A stretch of DNA of 63,946 bases, filler included, from Klebsormidium nitens (taxonomy: Eukaryota > Plantae > Klebsormidiophyceae), in assembly GCA_000708835.1 (NCBI GenBank). It is 7 parts of 7 records of this genome, joined end to end, with 100 filler letters (N's around TTAATTAATTAA, not from the genome) between each part and the next. Parts side by side here need not be neighbours in the genome. Positions count along the whole stretch, not along the records: positions 50,093 to 53,433 come from DF238487.1; positions 53,534 to 58,800 come from DF237884.1; positions 58,901 to 62,501 come from DF238563.1; 4 more parts are not named here. One strand, 5' to 3'. A model generated the notes under the pieces. The model was not told the DNA's origin. It worked only from the letters and a program-made list of their open reading frames with translations, and searched no databases. The position numbers were made by a program, and so were the translations under genes. This document shows, piece after piece, positions 51,419 to 59,652 of the stretch (position 1 is the first letter of the stretch; each line of letters opens with the position of its first letter).

Positions 51419-51811
51419 TGTAACGATCGGCCGCACTACCACTGTGCTGCGCCAGGACTGGTGCGTGTGATCTCCCTCAGATCATGGATCAGTCCCGAAC
51501 GGAACTTCTCGATCTTGATCTGCTCATCCTGAACAAGGTGCACTACGATGACGATTTCAGCAACTCCACTACTTATATAGTGAAGTTCGACCGATTTTAA
51601 CCACAGTTCGTGATTTTCGAGGCTACACTGCTCGAATCATCACATTACCCCCAATTCAACCCCCTCAGGATTCAGGGAGAGCAGAAATCACCTGAGTTGC
51701 CCTGAGGGATTCGAGCCCACGACCCTTAGGTCAATGGAAAGCGTCATGAGACCGTCATGACGTCAGCCTCTGATACCAATGTAACGATCGGCCGCACTAC
51801 CACTGTGCTGC
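51419..51811 (-). mobile_element. TRIM-like miniature LTR retroelement: LTR, tRNA-iMet PBS, 135 bp internal region, PPT, LTR
   Basis: 32 identical nt at 51419-51450 and 51780-51811. Complete TG...CA LTR at 51419-51644. Minus-strand PBS TGGTATCAGAG (51778-51768), G-rich PPT-like tract (51666-51648) and TATATAA (51579-51573). The second LTR runs into gap 51812-51831. Confidence 0.8.
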
Positions 51812-52340
51812 NNNNNNNNNNNNNNNNNNNNTGGGCAATGACCGGAGGGGGGTGTTCTCTAGAGAATACAGCAGAAGTTGCCACTTGTTACAACAATTCA
51901 TGACTAAAGTCAAAGACCGTACGCGCGCCGCGACGGTTGACTCCCAGTATGTACACTACTGAGTAGTACCCGCACCGTCGATCGCCGTAGACTCCGGAAA
52001 TTTTAAAATTTTACGGCCGATGACTCAATTCACCGTCGCGGAGTGTACGCGCGGCCAAAAATTTGAGAACAGACTGTACTTTCTACCGCCGACGGTAGAG
52101 TGCCCGGTTGCACACTGTGCACGCCCAGCCCGCAGAATTGAACTTACTCAAGCTGTCAGACTGGGCCCGATCGGGCCAATGGTAGACAACATCCAGATAC
52201 GCCATATCTGGATGTTGTCTACCATTGGTCAAGGTACTGACCGGCGTCAGGTGCCGTACAGCGGTACCGACCACAGCGGCCGGTACCTGCTGAGCCTTAA
52301 GCGCAGGTTTGTACTGTCGCACGTCGACTGGGATGAAATG

Positions 52341-53285
52341 CTATGTAGGAAAAGCCGCTCCAAGAGGGTTGGCCCTGGTCTCTCCAAGTCGCCGTGCATC
52401 GCATGTTCTTCTTCCCAGCGCTGAACTCGCCGCCTCCTCCGGTGTCAGGGAGGAAAGAGGTGGAACAATGATTGTGGTGTCGCTTTCGTCGTCAGAAGCC
52501 TCCACAAGCGGGGGCATATCGTCATCATCCGACTCAATAGCCACCGCACTGTCTACCTCTCCCCCCCTGCGGTGGAGGGTTGAGTAAAGCGCCCAAGGGA
52601 GGGGCGCCGTGCCCTTCTCCGGGCTCTCGTGTATCAGGGGTATGAACCCCTCCGGTGCGCTCACTCCCGGCCCATCGTGTCGCCAGTTGACTTGGTACCG
52701 GAACTGCTCCCTCCAACTGTCGATGACGCCCCCGATGATCGTCCCGGCGTCCCACAGGATGATGTTCCCCACGAGGAAGTCGTAGGGCGCCTGGGTTACC
52801 ACTGCGCGAACACTGAGATAACTCAGCGCTGTCCTCTTCCCGGGGTTAAAGGTGAACTTGATCGGCTTCCGGATCACCCCAAACAGCTTGGTTGACTTCC
52901 CATCCGCCAGCCCCAGTCTCAGTGCGTCAGGACTTACGTCTTCTTCCCGCAGCCCCAGTTGAACGAGCCCCGGCCGGCCAATCAGAAGTGGCATGGCCCC
53001 GGTGTTTAGGATCGCGCTACCCTCTAGGGGCTTGCCGTTGACCCACAGTGCCTTTGCGCTAACCCGTACGGTGGGCGCGCGCACTCTATCCCGCTTCCGG
53101 TCCCCTCTGTGTGCCGGCAGGTTCTGAAGCTGCCGCATGAGGAACGCTCTCGTCTCCGGCTCAAGCAGGCCCAGAGAAACGTCTAACTCGTCCTGCCCGA
53201 GTGCCATGAACGCAAAAATGGCGGGGATTGGGGTAGCTCTGCTAACCCCGGGGGTGTGGCTAACCCCGGCCACTACATTGACCAT
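52341..53285 (-). pseudogene. Retrotransposon-type aspartyl protease region, degenerate
   Basis: AILNTGAMPLLIG (D-T-G-A motif with D replaced by N) plus the YDFLVGN flap-like motif. An in-frame TAA lies just upstream of the ORF, and no RT follows. Confidence 0.65.
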
Positions 53286-53433
53286 CCCGTTGTCAAAAAG
53301 CGCACTTTAACTAGGTACATTTCGGGGTCCCGAACTTTCCGCTGGCTGGGGCTGGCACCGTCCGATGAGTGCCACGTATAGGGACCGAGTCCAAGTCTGT
53401 CAGAATTGCACTTGTACACTGCGGCAGTACTTT

Positions 53434-53533
53434 NNNNNNNNNNNNNNNNNNNNNNNNNNNNNNNNNNNNNNNNNNNNTTAATTAATTAANNNNNNNNNNN
53501 NNNNNNNNNNNNNNNNNNNNNNNNNNNNNNNNN
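53434..53533. other. Artificial contig spacer
   Basis: N44-TTAATTAATTAA-N44. Confidence 0.98.
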
Positions 53534-54594
53534 ACATCTTGGAATAGTCTCTCCAATAGAGCTTTCAAACATTTGTAACGGCTCTTCGAAGGGTTGAACC
53601 GTACTAGATGAAGCGGCATCTTCACTACGTCCTTTAGCTTGCCAATGCGGTCCACCTCACACTCGACGGCGTAGTGTCTGTGATACGATTCGTCCACCTC
53701 GAGGATGACTACGTGAGAGTTGAATACGAAGACGTAGTCTGGACGTCGCACGCATGAGCTCTCGCGAGTGGACATCTGGCGTGCGCAAGGGAGCTCCTGG
53801 TCTGAGTACGACCAGGTCCAGCCCATCTTATCGAGCCATTTGGTCGTGTACGTCTCCCACTGCTTGAGGGCAGTCCCTGAACGGCACGAATAGCAGGCAC
53901 CGCCCTTGAAATGCACCGATTTCTCGGAGCAGACGATGCAGCGGTGTCCAAGTTGCCCACATCGTTTGCCCCCACCATGTGCAATGCAATAGTCAGTAGC
54001 CCCTGCCGCAAGCTTGGGGCAGCTAGCTTTTGCACACCGTTTGCCTCCGCCGTGTGCGATGCATAGATTGGTACCACCTTGCACCGACTTGGTGCAGTTT
54101 GCCTTGGCACACCGTTTGCCTCCACCGTGTGCCTTGCATTGGTGAGTTGGCGCGATCGCTGACTTGGTGCAGCCAGCCTCCGCACATCGTCTGCCTCCGC
54201 CGTGTGCGACGCAATGGTCAGTGCCGCCTTGCGCCGACTTGATGCACCCACGCTCAGCACACCGTTTGCCTCCGCCGTGTGCAATGCGGAATTCGGTGCC
54301 GCTTTGAGCTGACTTGGGGCAGCCAGTCTGCCCACACCGTTTGCCTCCGCCGTGTGCGACGCAATGGTCAGTGCCGCTTCGCGCCGACTTGGTGCACCCA
54401 CGCTCAGCACACCGTTTGCCTCCGCCGTGTGCAATGCAGAAATCGGTGCCGCGTTGAGCTAAATTCGGGCAGCCGGAATGCCCACACCCTTTGCCTCCAC
54501 CGTGAGCCTTGCAAAACTTCGAAGGCCATCGTTTGTACTTGGAACAGCTGCTCTGAGCGGACTCGTTGCGTTTCCGCTTGCGTGAGGTCTCCAT
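53534..54594 (-). CDS. Cys/His 25-aa repeat protein (WRKY19-like zinc-finger repeats) fused to CxxC motifs and a PD-(D/E)XK-like endonuclease; 3' truncated
   Basis: Seven full CxxxxCxxxAxxxTxxCxAHGGGxR-type repeats plus one partial; then CIVC...CYSC and RPDYVF...VILEVDESYH...CEVDR...LVRFNP. Confidence 0.8.
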
Positions 54595-54898
54595 AGTCGA
54601 CTAACCATATGCCGCACCGCCGTTGCCTTAAATAGGAGAGAAACATTGTTCACAACATAGACCTCAAAGAAAACACGGATTCCGTGAGGAACGAGAAGAA
54701 CGTCCACCGGCCCACGTCCTACGGCACTGTCATTGCCAGTGGGAAGGGCCCGCCCCCCCTCTACGGTTCGTCTGATCCAGCCGTGCGAGCAATGCTGGGC
54801 CGGATCCAACGAGGGGAAGGAACGAAAGCTTGAAGCCGGTTACCGCTTTCAGATCGCGTTCGCACCCATGACGTATATTTTGTATGTGAGTCGACGAT

Positions 54899-55336
54899 AT
54901 GGATCAGCTGACCTGGGTCTTGGCTCAAACCAGAGCTTATCTGTTGGCGTCTATCTCGGTCAAAGGCGTGGAAGACTTAGCCGTCACTTTAGACGTCTCC
55001 CATCTGGGGCTCTCTGCGGCGAGCATGGCCTGGCTGTGCGAGGTCCCGCATCGCCACGTCTGTTGCATGCCCATCATCGGCTATTGGACGTCGTACGTGG
55101 ACAAAGGGGTCATCACCTACTACCGAGGCGACCTGTCGCGCGCCTCGCGGTACGCCATGCACCTGCTCCGGCCGCCGGTGCACCACTATCTCCATGAGAC
55201 GGAGAGCGCCTTTGCGGTCTTGCTCGACGGTGACGGCAATCCCGTCTCTCGTAACACTCTGTATTTTCTGGATCTGGATGACAAACGGAACAGAAACGGG
55301 TCGTCGCGTACATGGGACCTGGGACGGTGGGCATGA
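54899..55336 (+). CDS. Hypothetical protein, 145 aa
   Basis: Intronless ORF with protein-like composition that fills the space between neighbours in a gene-dense block. Confidence 0.45.
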   Translation: MDQLTWVLAQTRAYLLASISVKGVEDLAVTLDVSHLGLSAASMAWLCEVPHRHVCCMPIIGYWTSYVDKGVITYYRGDLSRASRYAMHLLRPPVHHYLHETESAFAVLLDGDGNPVSRNTLYFLDLDDKRNRNGSSRTWDLGRWA

Positions 55337-55453
55337 CCAAGATCTGTTGAGGCGGTCGATACTCGAACTCCATAGCATGCGCCTGCCGTGAGGATGGACG
55401 GGTGCATACGGCCCACGAGAAGCACCCCACCAGATAGCGTGGTTTGAGACGCA

Positions 55454-56086
55454 TCATGGGCACATCGTGATGGTGTAAGACGGCGCGGATCCGCACGTCC
55501 GCACGGAGGTAGGGTCGTCGAAAGCGTAGGTGTAGGCGTCGGGGCAGAGCGTCTTGAAGTAGAGGGAGAGCTCGTTCGCAGGGCACGTCTCGGGCGTGCG
55601 GTGGTCCCCGGTGCAGCAGAACTCTGGCGCGGCGTACTTGCTGCAGGCGCTGAGGCACGGGGCGCCGTCGTACTCTACCAGATCGGCCGGGCACGCCGCC
55701 ACGTCGAACGCGCACTGGATCGTCGGGCAGTCGTCGGAGGACGGCACGATGCGCATGCCGGAGTCGAAGCCGTCCACGATGCTGATGTCGTAAAAGTCGT
55801 CGTTCGAGTCGTCGATGAAGAATTCCGCGAGAGTGTTGACTCGATCCTGGGTGGAGTTGTTCCGGATCCGGCCGCCCCATCCATGGGGGACGACGATCTG
55901 CGACGATTCGGCGCCGGGGGCTAAAATTCTCGAAGGAGACGCGTCTAGCAGCCCCCACGTGCCCTCGATGGCCCACGTCACCTCCGTCGAGCAGTTGTTG
56001 CGGACGGTGAGAATCCTGCCGGAGCACGACTTCGCGGTCATGAGGGCGAGGAGGATGCCGACGATCAGAGAGGAACGCACTGCCAT
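55454..56086 (-). CDS. Secreted thaumatin-like (PR-5) protein, intronless
   Basis: Hydrophobic signal peptide; motifs TVRNNC, WGGRI, TLAEF, FYDISIVDGF, CLSAC, FCCTG, CPDAYTYAFDD and TITMCP*. Confidence 0.92.
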   Translation of the reverse strand: MAVRSSLIVGILLALMTAKSCSGRILTVRNNCSTEVTWAIEGTWGLLDASPSRILAPGAESSQIVVPHGWGGRIRNNSTQDRVNTLAEFFIDDSNDDFYDISIVDGFDSGMRIVPSSDDCPTIQCAFDVAACPADLVEYDGAPCLSACSKYAAPEFCCTGDHRTPETCPANELSLYFKTLCPDAYTYAFDDPTSVRTCGSAPSYTITMCP

Positions 56087-56133
56087 GGCGCATATAGGAG
56101 AGTCGGCAAATTATCTGAGGCGACGAAGAGTCC

Positions 56134-57090
56134 TCAACGTAGATGGTCGGCCGGCCGGAAGGACTCGTTGAGCAAGCAGAAGCGCTCGATGGCACCCTTG
56201 AAACGACCGAAGTTGGCCGAAGGCGTCGCAACGAGGTCTTCCACCGTCTCGACGTCCCCTCCCGTCTCCTGAAAGAACTCCAAGCAGAGGAGACCCCTAG
56301 CGGAAGGACGATCCTCCTCCGGGCCTATGCAGGCTTCGATGAGGGCCCGCAGGTTTCGGTTCCGAACGAATTGCAACTCCTCCGGACGGGAGCCGTTCAA
56401 CACCTCGACGTACAGCTCGCTCACCGACTTCATCCGCCCGTACGGCTTCTTGAGCGTCGTGATCTGCAAGATCGTCATCCCCAGGGCGTACACGTCCGCC
56501 TTCAGCCCGTAAGACCCCCGCAGGACCTCGGGCGCCATGAACTCCGCGGTCCCCAGGATGGAAGCGTTCGACCTGGATTTGCTGGTCACGGTGGCGAACC
56601 CGAGGTCGCCCAGGGCGAGGTCGCCGGTGTAGTTGTTCACGAAGACGTTCCCCGCTTTGATGTCTCTGTGTGCCACCGAGTTGGGCAGTCCCTCGTGGAG
56701 GTAATCGACCGCCTCGCACAGCTGTTTCGCCCATTTCCTGATGACCGAGGGCACTTGCTTTCCGTGCTTGCGCAGGTAGACGTCGATCGAGGAGCCGTAG
56801 AGGTCGGTCACGAACACCATCTCCTCCGCACGGACGTCCGTCCAACTGGACACGAGCCGGACTATGTGTGGATGGTCCAGGCTCGTCATCACGGCGATCT
56901 CTTTGGCGATGTCGGCGGTCCCTCCAGGCTCCAGTCCCGACAGCCTCGCCTTGCACCAGGCCACCTCCCGGCCCTCGTGACGGTCGAATGCTCGAAATAC
57001 GGACTTGTTGGCCCCCGTCCCGATCCGCTCCCCCATGCACACGTACCTGTTGCTGGGGTCGACCCACCTGACGTCCATTTCGTACCACAC
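56134..57090 (-). CDS. WNK-family Ser/Thr kinase, kinase domain only, intronless
   Basis: IGTGANKSVF (Lys in the G-loop), EGREVAWC, HRDIKAGNVFVN, GDLG, GTAEFMAPE, ADVYALGM and KPY. Confidence 0.9.
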   Translation of the reverse strand: MWYEMDVRWVDPSNRYVCMGERIGTGANKSVFRAFDRHEGREVAWCKARLSGLEPGGTADIAKEIAVMTSLDHPHIVRLVSSWTDVRAEEMVFVTDLYGSSIDVYLRKHGKQVPSVIRKWAKQLCEAVDYLHEGLPNSVAHRDIKAGNVFVNNYTGDLALGDLGFATVTSKSRSNASILGTAEFMAPEVLRGSYGLKADVYALGMTILQITTLKKPYGRMKSVSELYVEVLNGSRPEELQFVRNRNLRALIEACIGPEEDRPSARGLLCLEFFQETGGDVETVEDLVATPSANFGRFKGAIERFCLLNESFRPADHLR

Positions 57091-57099
57091 ATGCGGATT

Positions 57100-57630
57100 T
57101 TACACTCCGGGCTTACGCGGGGCCGATTGGCTAGTTCCGAAGGCGCTCGTGGCGAGCCCGCGGTCGAGCGGCACGGGAAGGGTCGCCATGTCTTTCAGAT
57201 ACCGCACCTGCATGTCTATGTTCGTGACCACCATGGGGACGAGCTGTCCGAGGACGATCTCATCGAGCTGGCTCACCTGCTCCGCCACGTCGTACGCAGA
57301 ATACCTGCAATTCTCCTCGAACACCCGCATCATAGCCGCCACCATGTGCTCGTCGGACTGGCGGTCGATCCCGTACCCGGTCTTTTGCAGCACCCTCGAG
57401 TACAGCTGTCGCTGGAGCGACTCTATGTTGTCACGGCAGAAGAAAGCGAAGTGAATCTCGATGGGCTGGGTGCGCAGCACGTCGAAGATGTGTTGCTCCG
57501 CCAGCGTGGGCTCCCGCGTTGGCACGAAGTCGGAACCCCGTCGCAGCTCGACTCGCGGCGGCTCGAAAGGCAAGTTCGTCGAGGCAAACAGAACATCCGC
57601 CGGCGTGCGCCTCGCGTCCCTGGCCGCCAT
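57100..57630 (-). CDS. NCLDV minor capsid protein P8 / DUF5761-like
   Basis: FFCRDNIESLQRQLYSRV..KTGYGIDRQS...LDEIV...YLKDMATLPVPL matches, from memory, the FFSxxNIxxLQ...IDxQS...YLxDxxxLPxPL pattern of this giant-virus family. Confidence 0.75.
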   Translation of the reverse strand: MAARDARRTPADVLFASTNLPFEPPRVELRRGSDFVPTREPTLAEQHIFDVLRTQPIEIHFAFFCRDNIESLQRQLYSRVLQKTGYGIDRQSDEHMVAAMMRVFEENCRYSAYDVAEQVSQLDEIVLGQLVPMVVTNIDMQVRYLKDMATLPVPLDRGLATSAFGTSQSAPRKPGV

Positions 57631-57682
57631 CGCCAGACCTTCGTAAGATAAGCGGCCGGTTTTTTTCGCCGGGCCACGCGAC

Positions 57683-58420
57683 TCAGACGGGGGAGATGAG
57701 CTTGTTGAAGGACTCTGCCAAGACGTCCAACACCTGAGCGATGTAGGCCCTGCAGTCCAAGATGCAGACTATGGCGTGCCGTCTCTTCAGTACGGAGGCG
57801 ACGTCGCCCTTCTCGAAGGCCGCCAACTCCAGGGCGGTCAGCACGCCACCGATGTTCTCGCTGAGAGAGCAGAGCGCCTCTCGCAGCCGCCCGTTCAGCC
57901 TCAGCTGGAGACCGTACGACGCCGACAATCGAAGCATGAGGTCCGTGACGTCCAAGACGGCTCCTTCGTACGTCGAGCGGTGAGACCACGGACAGAATCG
58001 CGATAGATGCTTCGATCCCAGTCCGGCGCAGGCCTGGAGTCTCGACAAGCGCCGTATAAGCCCGTCGTTGCAGGATTCGATCCTGTGTCTCAGCAACACG
58101 TTCGAAGACTGCACGCTCAACAAGTCCTTCAGCTCGGGCTCGAATTCCTGGGCGTCCGGCACGAGCGCCGTGGTGAGGAGATCGTCGGCCGGAAGCGGAT
58201 CTAAGATGGCCACCACGGCCTCTTCCACCCCGTCCAAACGCCGATCCACCGTCTTGACGACTTCTTGACAGCGCTGTATCAGCACGCACCACGCGCTCGT
58301 GAGCGTCTCCACCTCCTTGGTAGTCAGAGCCATCCCGTGCTCGAAGCGGTCGTCGAAGTCGCTGTACTCTACACGCGACTCCTCGATGAGCTGCAGCAGG
58401 TCGAAGAGGTTGTCCATCAC
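57683..58420 (-). CDS. Hypothetical helical protein, 245 aa
   Basis: Intronless ORF with GC-ending codons, 16 bp from the RNase H stop and co-oriented with its neighbours. Confidence 0.6.
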   Translation of the reverse strand: MMDNLFDLLQLIEESRVEYSDFDDRFEHGMALTTKEVETLTSAWCVLIQRCQEVVKTVDRRLDGVEEAVVAILDPLPADDLLTTALVPDAQEFEPELKDLLSVQSSNVLLRHRIESCNDGLIRRLSRLQACAGLGSKHLSRFCPWSHRSTYEGAVLDVTDLMLRLSASYGLQLRLNGRLREALCSLSENIGGVLTALELAAFEKGDVASVLKRRHAIVCILDCRAYIAQVLDVLAESFNKLISPV

Positions 58421-58436
58421 CTTCCTAGTACCGTGA

Positions 58437-58800
58437 TTATTTCTGGCTCGTCGCGATCAAGGCAGCATTCGCGAGGGCATCCGCGGCGGCATTCTTGCTG
58501 CGTGGCACCCACTCCAGAGTGCATGACTGGAAGGACGACTTCAGGCGCCTCGCTTCGGCGTGCAACGGCACCAGGTTCGGCGCCTTTACCTTCCAGCGAC
58601 CATTCACTTGGCTCACGACCAGCAATGAGTCTCCGTACACATTCACGTGGGTCACCCCGTTCGCAGCGCACCAATCGAGGACCATCACCAGCCCGCCGTA
58701 CTCCGCCTCGTTATTGCTGCCCCTGTCCGACAGGAATATGGAGCCCTCGAACACGGTCAGACCGTCCGGATCTACGACCGTACCGCCGGCCCCGCACCTG
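58437..58800 (-). CDS. Ribonuclease HI (archaeal/actinobacterial-like type), 5' truncated by the contig end
   Basis: The frame is open to 58800 (GAGGTVVDPDG...). Motifs SNNEAEY, VYGDSLLVVSQVNGRWKVK and WVPRSKNAAADALAN. Confidence 0.9.
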
Positions 58801-58900
58801 NNNNNNNNNNNNNNNNNNNNNNNNNNNNNNNNNNNNNNNNNNNNTTAATTAATTAANNNNNNNNNNNNNNNNNNNNNNNNNNNNNNNNNNNNNNNNNNNN
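58801..58900. other. Artificial contig spacer
   Basis: N44-TTAATTAATTAA-N44. Confidence 0.98.
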
Positions 58901-59652
58901 TTGACTCCCGGACAATATGCTACGTGCTCCCATATTCTGAAAGAAACCTTTGCACTGACATCGGTGTGATATACCGGTAGGCTCTGCCCTTGAGGCGTAT
59001 GCTAGTCTGCAGTCTCCACCTGACGAGCTGCATGTGCCAGACGGTCAACCCCAAAAAAAGCAAAGCCTGAGCGAGTGCCGGAAAATAGGAAATGTAGCTC
59101 AAAATAAGTGTTACTTATAGTACTTCCGGACCTCGGTGAAGACGAAGCTGGCTGCACGAAGCTGACGGCCTTTAATAGCTGAAGGAATCAAGCGGACAAA
59201 TTCCGTCAGGTTGAACGCACTAGCTGCTGCATGCGAGGTGAGTCGCAGGTGTCCGTGACGCCCCGTACAGTTGTAGAGTCGCGGCACACAAAATCAAACG
59301 AATGCGGGGCTTCACTTGCAGTGGGGGGTCACATCAGCACAGTGGTGCCAACGCAAGCAGATTACAGTCAACAGGACAATGCTTCTGGCAGTCAGAGACC
59401 TGCTGACGCATACACATGGCATGAGCTTCAATTGCAGGAATACCTGATGCAATTCAGCCGAGTTTTGGGAAGGTGCTCAGATCAAAGCGGAAACGTACGT
59501 TTTCTGCAGCCACTACTTTAGCCGTCAGATGTCGACTTTGGGAGTCCTCAACTACGTCAACTAAGACCTTAGTACGATCAACTGGCAGGACAAGGCTTGG
59601 ACCGCACACTAGGACACTGAACCAACCGGACAGCCTTAAGCGGTTAGGGGCC

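Noticed and set aside
51695-51760. Functional tRNA-Met gene
   Set aside because: There is no 5' acceptor strand, D-arm or A-box; kept only as a tRNA-like fragment hypothesis.
51832-51895. Second PPT plus LTR start (GGAGGGGGGG-TGT) after the small gap
   Set aside because: No matching second copy or PBS is visible; insufficient evidence.
55113-58292. Long overlapping plus-strand ORFs (372, 502, 263 and 289 aa) in the viral block
   Set aside because: Arg/Pro/Gly-rich shadows of GC-rich minus-strand genes, with no motifs.
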